Positions 21,154-28,584 of a DNA stretch of 34,203 nt are shown here, piece by piece. The position numbers and the translations under genes were made by a program. The number at the start of each line of letters is the position of its first letter. The stretch's first letter is position 1. This DNA is from Alphaproteobacteria bacterium (GTDB taxonomy: Bacteria > Patescibacteriota > Microgenomatia > UBA8517). Under the pieces are notes generated by a model. The model was not told the DNA's origin, did not search any database, and saw only the letters and a program-made list of their open reading frames with translations. Location of the stretch: assembly GCA_035494495.1 (NCBI GenBank), contig DATJGY010000054.1, positions 1 to 34,203 of the forward strand, written 5' to 3'.

Positions 21154-21510
21154 ATGAAATCATTTTTAAAATTTGTAGTTTGGGTAATAGTTTTGTTTCT
21201 TCTATCATTTCTCCATGTCTATTTAATTGCAGGTAGAGATGACAGTTTTGAAACACTTATATTAGCTTTTCTTGTAATGCCAATTGGAAGCACAATAGTT
21301 TTTCAACTATTAACTTACTTTAATAAGAAGCTATCTTTTTCAAATCATTTTGCAAGAATTATTGTGGTCATATTGCCTTCTTTTGCATACTCTCTTATAT
21401 TACACTCTGCTGTTTTTCATACCTTCTTGGCAATATATTATTTGGTTATCAGTTTTGTGGGTGATAAGATTAGGATGTGGATTGAGGCTAGGGGAAAGAA
21501 AAATAACTAA
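21154..21510 (+). CDS. hypothetical membrane protein (118 aa, about 4 TM)
   Basis: Hydrophobic spans. Starts 3 nt after rpmB. Confidence 0.5.
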   Translation: MKSFLKFVVWVIVLFLLSFLHVYLIAGRDDSFETLILAFLVMPIGSTIVFQLLTYFNKKLSFSNHFARIIVVILPSFAYSLILHSAVFHTFLAIYYLVISFVGDKIRMWIEARGKKNN

Positions 21511-22358
21511 ATAAGATCTACTTTGTAAGCTTCTTTAAATTGTTTGTAAGACACTGGAGTTTTGCCTTCCATTTGAACTTCATCCAAAATTAGTTTTCCA
21601 TCTTCAATATGAGCTTTCAAGATTTTCAATCTTTTTTCATTTGCCAAAAATGTATAAATCCCGGGCCATGGTTGATAAGCTCGTAACTTTCTTTCAATTT
21701 CAATCGGATCGTCTTTTTCTAAATCCACAAATCCATCCTCTTTTTTGATAATTTTAGTGTAGGTTACTTTTGTTTCGTCCTGAACTTTTGGAGTAATTTT
21801 TCCTTTCATGTACGGTTCAATAAATTCCAAAATAACTTCTGCGGATCTTTGAAATAATCTTGCACGAAGAATCTCGGTTGTGTCATCTGGATTGATATCT
21901 TCTTTAAATTGGGAAACAATTTTTCCGTGATCAACTTTTGCGTCCATTAAAATTGTAGTTACACCAGTTGTAGTTTTCCCATCGCGAATTGCAGCTGTAA
22001 TTGGAGAGGCGCCGCGGTATTCAGGAAGAAGCGACGGGTGAATTACCAAAATGCCATGAGGAAACATATTAATTACGTCTTGGGAAATAATTTCGCCGTA
22101 AGAAGCTAAAACTCCAATATCGGCAACGACTTTGTTGTCAATCAACTCTGAAGATTGGTAATAAGTATCAATCTTGTGATCATGGGCCCATTTATCAACT
22201 GGTGAATAACTTAAAACTTGTTTGCGGCCAACTGGTTTTGGGCTTTGAGTTACAACGGCCACAATTGGAGATTTTCCGGGACCGGTTACAAACTTCTTGT
22301 GTAAAGAAGTGAGTACTGGCATGACATAATCTGGTGTTCCAAAAAATACAATCTTCAT
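21507..22358 (-). CDS. fmt: methionyl-tRNA formyltransferase
   Basis: MKIVFFGTPDYV, HPSLLPEYRGASPI, and position downstream of def. Confidence 0.9.
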   Translation of the reverse strand: MKIVFFGTPDYVMPVLTSLHKKFVTGPGKSPIVAVVTQSPKPVGRKQVLSYSPVDKWAHDHKIDTYYQSSELIDNKVVADIGVLASYGEIISQDVINMFPHGILVIHPSLLPEYRGASPITAAIRDGKTTTGVTTILMDAKVDHGKIVSQFKEDINPDDTTEILRARLFQRSAEVILEFIEPYMKGKITPKVQDETKVTYTKIIKKEDGFVDLEKDDPIEIERKLRAYQPWPGIYTFLANEKRLKILKAHIEDGKLILDEVQMEGKTPVSYKQFKEAYKVDLI

Positions 22359-22359
22359 G

Positions 22360-22893
22360 TTAGATTAACTCCACCTCTTCCCACTCATCATCTTCCACTT
22401 TATATAATGGCTTCTTTTCCTCCAAAAGTCGATCAACAAACAAAATCCCATCCAAATGATCAATTTCATGCAAAACTATTTGGGCATTAAAATCCAAAAA
22501 TTCTTCGGTAATTTTTTCACCTTTTTCATTTAAATATTTTAAAGTTACCTTGTTGGCACGTTTTAAAGGACCATAATAATAGGGAAGAGACAGGCAGCCT
22601 TCAAGAATTTCGTTGTGGGATTTGCGTGAACGGTGAACAGTAGACGGTGAACCGATTTTCAGAATTTCTGGGTTAATTACTATACGTTTGAAGTTTTTGT
22701 AGTTAGCAAGAAAAATTCTTACATTTTTGCCAATTTGGGGTGCAGCCAAACCAACACCTTCTGGAGCTTTTTGAGTTTTCAAAGTATCTTGTAAGTCCTG
22801 AACTAGTTTCAAGATCTTTTTATCAATTTTCTTAACAGGTTGGGATTTCTTCCGCAAAATCGGATCACCAGATTGGATTATTTTTTGAATCAT
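22360..22893 (-). CDS. def: peptide deformylase
   Basis: GVGLAAPQIG, EGCLS and HEIDHLDG motifs. Confidence 0.95.
   Translation of the reverse strand: MIQKIIQSGDPILRKKSQPVKKIDKKILKLVQDLQDTLKTQKAPEGVGLAAPQIGKNVRIFLANYKNFKRIVINPEILKIGSPSTVHRSRKSHNEILEGCLSLPYYYGPLKRANKVTLKYLNEKGEKITEEFLDFNAQIVLHEIDHLDGILFVDRLLEEKKPLYKVEDDEWEEVELI
22625..22652. repeat. four tandem heptamers of the GTTCACN family inside def, translated in frame
   Basis: Plus strand reads CGTGAAC GGTGAAC AGTAGAC GGTGAAC. The coding strand reads GTTCACC GTCTACT GTTCACC GTTCACG and encodes GSPSTVHRSR just before EGCLS. Confidence 0.85.
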
Positions 22894-22900
22894 GCCTACA

Positions 22901-22906
22901 AGTATA
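22901..22906 (-). promoter_or_regulatory. -10 TATACT, 7 nt upstream of def ATG 22893 (leaderless candidate)
   Basis: Reverse complement of 22901-22906 is TATACT. No SD. Confidence 0.4.
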
Positions 22907-22937
22907 TCAGAAGATCAAATATTAATGTTTAAATCTA

Positions 22938-22980
22938 GCTAGCAGTTACAAAGGAAAAAATCTCCAAGGTAACTGCCAGC
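22938..22980 (-). terminator. hairpin downstream of the 23006-23446 gene (possible terminator)
   Basis: GCTAGCAGTTAC pairs with GTAACTGCCAGC: a 12-bp stem with one mismatch and a 19-nt loop. The T-tract is weak. Confidence 0.3.
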
Positions 22981-23005
22981 CAGCATAGGGATAGAAAAAA
23001 ATTTT

Positions 23006-23446
23006 CTATTTGGGAAACATCCGTGTAATATCCTTAGCCCAGAACCACCAGTCATCGTATTCGACGCGGTTATTTTCAAAGAACTCTATGATCGCTCTTT
23101 TCAAAGATTCCCAATCGTTTTCTTTCGGGCAACCGGCCTGCGGATCATCCCACATCCAAAGTGGCCCACCCTTTAGGTCGTACCAAGTGTAAATATATTC
23201 CCCGTCATGGCATTGCCACATTAAATCTCCCTTCGCTAGAACAAGTCCACCCCATTCCGGCATATTTTGTGGAAGTTGGGTAGGACTTTCCCATACGATA
23301 GCGTGAGTATTTCCCGCCTGGAAATAATGCGCGATGCTATTTACCAACTTCTCCCGGATCGGGGTAATCAATGTGCTGCATGCAACGATCAATAAACTGC
23401 CGATTACCAAAATCTTTGAAACAAGTTTCAGACCAGCTGTGTTCAT
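23006..23446 (-). CDS. Trp-rich putative lipoprotein (146 aa), compositionally GC-richer than its neighbours
   Basis: SD AAGGAG lies before ATG 23446. Lipobox-like LLIVAC. Many W residues (WMWDD, DDWWFWAK). Confidence 0.55.
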   Translation of the reverse strand: MNTAGLKLVSKILVIGSLLIVACSTLITPIREKLVNSIAHYFQAGNTHAIVWESPTQLPQNMPEWGGLVLAKGDLMWQCHDGEYIYTWYDLKGGPLWMWDDPQAGCPKENDWESLKRAIIEFFENNRVEYDDWWFWAKDITRMFPK

Positions 23447-23590
23447 AATCTTTCTCCTTAAGTTGAAGTTAGAAGGCACAATAGGCGGAAAAATTACCGC
23501 TTGGTACGGACATTATTTTCTATCCCTTTGTAAACGTGCTCTTTTAATAAATCGCAAAATCTGATCTATAAAAGTAGCGAAGTATAATTC

Positions 23591-23604
23591 AGAGAGAGAG
23601 AGAG
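23591..23604. repeat. (AG)7 dinucleotide microsatellite, intergenic
   Basis: agagagagagagag read directly. Confidence 0.9.
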
Positions 23605-23624
23605 TATCTGTCAACTATAGGATG

Positions 23625-25484
23625 TTATTTGAGGCTTTCAAGTGTTTGTTTTGTCAACTCATCTTTTGGATCGATAAATTGCAAAACATATTCCAACTGT
23701 TTTTTTGCTTCTTGTTTATCATTTTTCTCAATTAGTAAAAAAGCATATGCAAGTCTAGCTTCTTTGTAATTTGCTTTTAGATTAATTGTTTTTTTAAGAA
23801 TCGCGATCGCTTTGTCTTGGTCGCCAAGACGGGCGTAAGTTAAACCCAAATTGTAATAAAGTTTTGCATCAGTTGGAGAATATTTTATGGCGTCTATTAA
23901 AACATCTTTTGCTGAGTCTAAATCATTAAGCCTTAAAAAAATCCCAAATCTAGATTTTTTAAAACTTGGATTGTTTGGCGAAAGATCAATAGCTTTTTGG
24001 GATTCACTAAGATCAGAATTTTGTACAGCTAGAGCATTATGATAGATAGCTTGATTTGGTTGTAAATTAATCGCACCTGCAAAATCTTTTTTGGCGTAGA
24101 GAAGATCAGCATACCAGTACGTCGTTATGCGCGATAGTACATAGAACATAGTACATAGTACAAAGAATATAAAAAATTTCTGTAAGTTTTCTAATTTGTT
24201 CTCGGTTTGTACTTTGTACTCTGTACTGAGTACTACTCCCACCGCTGGGAACAAGAAAAGTTCTAACTGTGTTGGAACTACTGAAAAGCCGAAGAAATTT
24301 GTAATTAATAAACTGAAATATCCTGCCAATAAAGCATAATTTCTAGTTTTTATAAAAATTACTAGTGAAAACAAAATTAAAATGAAATATGAAATCAGTC
24401 CAAAAGCTCCAGAATTTGCAGCGAAGTTAAGATACTCATTATGTGCTTTGTTGTAAATAAAATCCCATTCAGAAACTAAGTTATGTTCCACTGGGCGGAA
24501 TTGGGGATAGGAAAATGCAAATGTTTCAAGACCCGACCCGAAAATTGGATAATGACGCCAAACTTCTAGCGCTCCCTTCCAAACTATTTTGCGGATTTCA
24601 CCTGACTCAGTACCACCAGATTCCAAGGCAGGTGTTGCAGATTGCGGAATGCGGGAGTTAGTATTGGGATTAAAAATAAAAAATAAAATTAAAAATGAAA
24701 AATTAAAAATTAAGAACGATTTCCAATTTTCTCTAAAATTTTTAATTAAAGAGATCATCCAAAAAATCAGTGAGCTAATTCCAAATGCAATTAGTCCAGA
24801 TCGAGACTTAGTAAATAATAAAGTTATGAAAAATAAATTAGATAAACAAAAACAAATTAAAAAATTTATAAATTTGTGATTTGAAAATTTATTGAAAATT
24901 GAAAATTGAAGATTGAAAATTATTGGTAACAGTGCAACCAAAAAAGCAGCAAGCCAATTCGGTTGACCCAATGTTGAAAAAACTCGGGATTGTACATCCT
25001 GCACCCAAATATTTTTGTCAATTCCAAAATGCTGGAGAATGCCGTAAATACAAACTATAACGGCAGAAAATAGTACACAGTACAAAGTACGAAGAGCAGA
25101 TTTTTTATCTAAATTGGAAACAAAAGCCCAGTAAAGCAGACTATAGCAAATGGTCGATAGCAAGCCGCCGTTAAAGCGTGAGTAATATCCAAAGAGTGAA
25201 GTTTGTGGATCAAGGGAAAAAATGGTTGAAATGATTTGTGACAAAAGAAAAATTAACAGTGGAATATCAAGAAGAGTTTTTTGAAAAATAAATTTCCTTT
25301 CTAAAATACATCGAATTATCCAAGTTGCAATTATTAAAGTGGTGAGAATGTAGACAAGAACCATTTTGTTAAATTCAAAAACCTCAGAAGTAAAAGGCCA
25401 AAGAATTAAAGGAGTAAAAAAAAGTAAAAAGGCAAAGAGGAAAAAAATTAGTTTTTTCACTTTATTTTTTGACTTTTGACTCAA
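23625..25484 (-). CDS. O-antigen ligase/polymerase-like (Wzy_C) polytopic membrane protein with C-terminal TPR repeats
   Basis: Many TM spans. IYNKAHNEYLNFAANSGAFGL is the typical Wzy_C loop. The C-terminus has TPR-like repeats (AKLYYNLGLTYARLGDQDKAI...). Confidence 0.75.
   Translation of the reverse strand: MSQKSKNKVKKLIFFLFAFLLFFTPLILWPFTSEVFEFNKMVLVYILTTLIIATWIIRCILERKFIFQKTLLDIPLLIFLLSQIISTIFSLDPQTSLFGYYSRFNGGLLSTICYSLLYWAFVSNLDKKSALRTLYCVLFSAVIVCIYGILQHFGIDKNIWVQDVQSRVFSTLGQPNWLAAFLVALLPIIFNLQFSIFNKFSNHKFINFLICFCLSNLFFITLLFTKSRSGLIAFGISSLIFWMISLIKNFRENWKSFLIFNFSFLILFFIFNPNTNSRIPQSATPALESGGTESGEIRKIVWKGALEVWRHYPIFGSGLETFAFSYPQFRPVEHNLVSEWDFIYNKAHNEYLNFAANSGAFGLISYFILILFSLVIFIKTRNYALLAGYFSLLITNFFGFSVVPTQLELFLFPAVGVVLSTEYKVQTENKLENLQKFFIFFVLCTMFYVLSRITTYWYADLLYAKKDFAGAINLQPNQAIYHNALAVQNSDLSESQKAIDLSPNNPSFKKSRFGIFLRLNDLDSAKDVLIDAIKYSPTDAKLYYNLGLTYARLGDQDKAIAILKKTINLKANYKEARLAYAFLLIEKNDKQEAKKQLEYVLQFIDPKDELTKQTLESLK
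24136..24163. repeat. four tandem heptamers AGTACAN (in frame in the Wzy-like gene)
   Basis: AGTACAT AGAACAT AGTACAT AGTACAA. Confidence 0.85.
24207..24234. repeat. four tandem heptamers NNGTACT, inverted relative to 24136-24163
   Basis: TTGTACT TTGTACT CTGTACT GAGTACT. Confidence 0.85.
24690..24717. repeat. A/T-rich period-7 tract (NAAAAAT x about 4)
   Basis: TAAAAAT GAAAAAT TAAAAAT TAAGAAC. This may simply be low complexity encoding an F/L/I-rich TM segment. Confidence 0.4.
24891..24918. repeat. four tandem heptamers ATTGAAA
   Basis: ATTGAAA ATTGAAA ATTGAAG ATTGAAA. Encodes part of NLQFSIFNKF. Confidence 0.75.
25072..25092. repeat. three tandem heptamers AGTACNN (same GTAC family)
   Basis: AGTACAC AGTACAA AGTACGA, followed by a degenerate AGAGCAG. 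Confidence 0.7.
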
Positions 25485-26043
25485 ACATCTTATGAATCAA
25501 ACCAAAAACAATTAAACCATAAAAACCATAAACTAAAGCATTAATAATATTCCAAGTGAAGAAATTATTAGGAACCATTTGGTACCAACCTTCACCTGTA
25601 ATAGGCTGCAATGTACGATAACCATCAGGAATCATTAAAGTTCGTTTCTCATCAATATATACTCCGCCGGTTCGCTCAAATGGAAAAACATATGAAGGCC
25701 TACATAAACCGTACATATATTTTTGAGGATTTTCTGGGGGATATATGCATTGACTATAAAATCCCAATTTTCCCGTTGTTGGAATACTTTGCCAGATTGT
25801 AAAAGAGTATATGGAAAAAATAATAATTGCTAAAAGTAATTTAGCCATAAAATATTTTTTCAAATATTGTCTATTTATAAAAATAACAAATAAGAAAAAA
25901 CCTAAAATCATAAAGAAAGATAGCTTTCCAAGTAAGAAACCAAGTATTGTAGAAAAAGAAAAAACTAGATAAATCGCCATTAACCCAAGAAAGTAAACAA
26001 GAATTATTTTTCCGATAGCGATGAGTTTGGATTTATTTATCAT
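25462..26043 (-). CDS. hypothetical membrane protein
   Basis: Several TM spans. ATG 26043 is preferred over TTG 26079, which would overlap the upstream gene. Confidence 0.5.
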   Translation of the reverse strand: MINKSKLIAIGKIILVYFLGLMAIYLVFSFSTILGFLLGKLSFFMILGFFLFVIFINRQYLKKYFMAKLLLAIIIFSIYSFTIWQSIPTTGKLGFYSQCIYPPENPQKYMYGLCRPSYVFPFERTGGVYIDEKRTLMIPDGYRTLQPITGEGWYQMVPNNFFTWNIINALVYGFYGLIVFGLIHKMFESKVKK

Positions 26044-26068
26044 TTTTATGACATTCAAGCTTTGCTTA

Positions 26069-26380
26069 TTAAAAAACAACTGAGGTAGAGATTCCTAAAT
26101 GGTGGTCTATTTTATCAACTCGTTTATTTGTTTTTTCGTACAAATCATTGGTCGCAGCAACTTCATCTCGCAGATCTTTTAATTCTCCCATTGTTTTATC
26201 TTCTCGTTCGTAATATTGTTTTCTGGTTGGAAGATATTTAATTTCTGCTCGAAGTTCTTCCTTGTTTTCGTCTAGTTTTTTATCAAAATGTGCTTCAAAT
26301 TTATCAAACCTTTCGTTTAGTCGTTTGTTCAAAAGTTTGTCAATATTCTCAAGTGTGACTGGGGTTTGCTTTTTTAGCAT
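26069..26380 (-). CDS. hypothetical coiled-coil protein (103 aa)
   Basis: Charged, heptad-like sequence. -10-like TATACA (reverse complement of 26388-26393) lies 7 nt upstream. Confidence 0.5.
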   Translation of the reverse strand: MLKKQTPVTLENIDKLLNKRLNERFDKFEAHFDKKLDENKEELRAEIKYLPTRKQYYEREDKTMGELKDLRDEVAATNDLYEKTNKRVDKIDHHLGISTSVVF

Positions 26381-26410
26381 AGTTATTTGTATATCGTGGA
26401 AACAGTAAAG

Positions 26411-26614
26411 TCAATTAATAATGGGGTGTGCATTTTTAACTATAATTATGCTGAATAGAATAAAAAGCAAAACAACAATAAAACTTACCCAAAAAAATCG
26501 GCTAAATTTTTTATTTAAAATTGATGAAGCTAGACTTAGGATGAAAATTGCAACACTGAGAGGAGTTAAAGTCATAGCTCCTATTAAGAAAATCTCCGTC
26601 CAATTAATAAACAT
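26411..26614 (-). CDS. small membrane protein (67 aa, 2 TM)
   Basis: Two hydrophobic spans. Preferred over the overlapping plus-strand ORF 26421-26627 because of the promoter geometry. Confidence 0.45.
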   Translation of the reverse strand: MFINWTEIFLIGAMTLTPLSVAIFILSLASSILNKKFSRFFWVSFIVVLLFILFSIIIVKNAHPIIN

Positions 26615-26620
26615 ACATCA

Positions 26621-26629
26621 ATTCTAACA
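26621..26629 (-). promoter_or_regulatory. extended -10 TGtTAGAAT, 6 nt upstream of ATG 26614 (leaderless candidate)
   Basis: Reverse complement of 26621-26629 is TGTTAGAAT. Confidence 0.4.
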
Positions 26630-26634
26630 CACCC

Positions 26635-26663
26635 TTTGCAACTTTCTTTTTGGAAGCTATACT
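26635..26663 (+). promoter_or_regulatory. promoter TTTGCA-17-TATACT, 8 nt upstream of mreB ATG 26672 (leaderless candidate)
   Basis: Hexamers at 26635-26640 and 26658-26663. Confidence 0.4.
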
Positions 26664-26671
26664 GCTTTGCA

Positions 26672-27739
26672 ATGCAATTTCCAATCAAAATCCCTTTCAA
26701 GATTAAAATCAAAAATCCGGTTGATCAGCTTCTTGGTCTTTTTTCCCATGACATCGGCATTGATTTAGGAACAGCAAATACTCTTGTGTATGTTAGTGGA
26801 AAAGGGATCGTGATCCGTGAACCTTCCGCTGTAGCTCGCCACAAAAAAACAAAAGAAATTTTAGCAATTGGCTCTTCTGCCAAAAAAATGTACGGCCGCG
26901 CTCCATCAACAATTGAAGCAATTCGTCCTTTGCGAGATGGAGTTATAGCTGATTTTGATGCAACCGCAGCAATGCTTAAACATTACATTGCAAAAGTTCA
27001 CGAGTCGGGAAGTGCCATGCCAAAAATTCCCCGCCCGAGAGTTGTTATTGGAATTCCATCGGGAGTCACTGATGTTGAAAGAAGAGCTGTTGCCGATGCC
27101 GCGATTGATGCTGGCGCCCGGGAAGCCCATTTGATTGAAGAGCCAATGGCTGCTGCAATTGGGGCGGGTTTGCCTGTTGATGGGCCGGAGGGAAATTTTA
27201 TAGTTGATATTGGTGGCGGCACGAGTGAGATTGCTGTAATTTCTTTGGGGGGGATTGTAATTGGCCGCTCTGTTAGAGTTGCTGGAGATGAAATGGACGA
27301 GGCAATTATTAATTATGTTCGCTTGAAATACTCACTACTTTTAGGGCAACCATCGGCAGAAAGAGTGAAGATAGAAAATGTTCCGGGATTTGTGGTTGTT
27401 CGCGGCCGAGATTTGGAAACTGGTCTTCCAAAGTCTATCAAATTAACGAGTGAAGAAATTAAAGAAGCTCTATCGCCAACGATTCAAGAAATTGTTACAA
27501 ATATTGTTGACACTTTGGAGGAAACTCCGGCGGAGCTAATTAGCGATATTATGGAAAGGGGAATTACCTTGGCCGGCGGCGGAGCGCTAATTGGTGGAAT
27601 TGACAAAATTATTTCAGATGCTACTAAAATGCCAGTCCATATTGCTGACGATCCTTTGAGTTGTGTTGTAAGAGGTTGTGGAATTGTATTGGAAAATAGA
27701 GAATTGTTGAAGAGGATTCAGATTACAAAAGGACTATGA
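26672..27739 (+). CDS. mreB: rod-shape-determining protein MreB
   Basis: DIGIDLGTANTLVYV, DGVIADFD, IVDIGGGTSEIAVISLGG and GITLAGGGALI. TTG 26636 is an alternative start. Confidence 0.9.
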   Translation: MQFPIKIPFKIKIKNPVDQLLGLFSHDIGIDLGTANTLVYVSGKGIVIREPSAVARHKKTKEILAIGSSAKKMYGRAPSTIEAIRPLRDGVIADFDATAAMLKHYIAKVHESGSAMPKIPRPRVVIGIPSGVTDVERRAVADAAIDAGAREAHLIEEPMAAAIGAGLPVDGPEGNFIVDIGGGTSEIAVISLGGIVIGRSVRVAGDEMDEAIINYVRLKYSLLLGQPSAERVKIENVPGFVVVRGRDLETGLPKSIKLTSEEIKEALSPTIQEIVTNIVDTLEETPAELISDIMERGITLAGGGALIGGIDKIISDATKMPVHIADDPLSCVVRGCGIVLENRELLKRIQITKGL

Positions 27740-28555
27740 TGAGAAGATTTGATCCCACTCCCAATCTTCCATCATCCGCGATTCAGTTGGTTTTGAAGGC
27801 CCAAGAACCGGATATGCTTTTTCGAACAACTTATTGATTAGTCTTGCCTCTTCATCTTTCTTTTCTTGTACAATTTTATCAACGCTCTTATACTCTATTT
27901 GTAGTGGTTTTACGTGTCCTATTAAGTCGTGTGCTAGCGATTTTATAAAATTTTCTTCTCCAAATATAAATTCATCATTATAAATTTCTAGCTTAATTCG
28001 ATCATAAACTTGCTGAGGATATGTATTATGATCGTATTCTTCTTTATAGGGACGGATTATTAAAATTTCGTGATAACGTAATATGAAGCTATCTACTAAC
28101 TTTTGACATCCTCTAGCAAGGATTTCGTTTGATTTTACGAAGTTTTCAAAATCAGTTTGATTTGATAACAACAATTTTATATTTTCCTTGTTTTCTGCGA
28201 GTGCTTCGTCAGTAAATTCAAGTCTTGGTACAAATGGAACCCATTTACTTGCATCATGAAAAATTTGTTTTACTTCCTTTAGTGTAATGAGGTTGGTCAT
28301 TCCATCTTCCATTCTGGTCGTCAAATCTAGGAATAACTCTTCTTGTGCGGCATCGGTTTTTGTTGTTGGTACAGCTTTATTTTCTAAATTTTGATGCTCA
28401 TAAAGCATTGTTAGCAATAACCCAGTTTCAAGATTCTTACGTTCCTTAATAATGTTAATTTCTGTTTGGTATGTAGTATTAAACTCTATTTCAAGAGTAG
28501 AGGGTTGATAAAATTGATTCTCGTTTTTCATAATTGTACCCGCGAATAATACCAC
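27734..28555 (-). CDS. hypothetical protein (about 265-273 aa)
   Basis: Clean ORF. The start is either GTG 28555 (a -10-like TAAAAA lies 6 nt upstream) or ATG 28531. No family recognised. Confidence 0.5.
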   Translation of the reverse strand: MVLFAGTIMKNENQFYQPSTLEIEFNTTYQTEINIIKERKNLETGLLLTMLYEHQNLENKAVPTTKTDAAQEELFLDLTTRMEDGMTNLITLKEVKQIFHDASKWVPFVPRLEFTDEALAENKENIKLLLSNQTDFENFVKSNEILARGCQKLVDSFILRYHEILIIRPYKEEYDHNTYPQQVYDRIKLEIYNDEFIFGEENFIKSLAHDLIGHVKPLQIEYKSVDKIVQEKKDEEARLINKLFEKAYPVLGPSKPTESRMMEDWEWDQIFSS

Positions 28556-28569
28556 AGAAGTTTTTTAAA

Positions 28570-28578
28570 TGTTAGAAT
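28570..28578 (+). promoter_or_regulatory. extended -10 TGtTAGAAT, 6 nt upstream of mrdA ATG 28585 (leaderless candidate)
   Basis: Read directly. No SD. Confidence 0.45.
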
Positions 28579-28584
28579 AGTTTC

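Noticed and set aside
23591-23604. The (AG)7 microsatellite as a phase-variation switch.
   Set aside because: It is intergenic, short, and not positioned between recognisable -35 and -10 elements. I recorded it as a repeat only.
26421-26627. Plus-strand 68-aa ORF overlapping the minus-strand 67-aa membrane ORF.
   Set aside because: The minus-strand frame gives two clean TM helices and has a correctly spaced extended -10 box. The plus-strand frame lacks both.
26672-26720. Possible heptamer array in the extended MreB N-terminus (AAAATCC ... AAAATCA AAAATCC).
   Set aside because: The periodicity is irregular, with only short repeated words. It does not meet the 4 x 7 pattern seen elsewhere.
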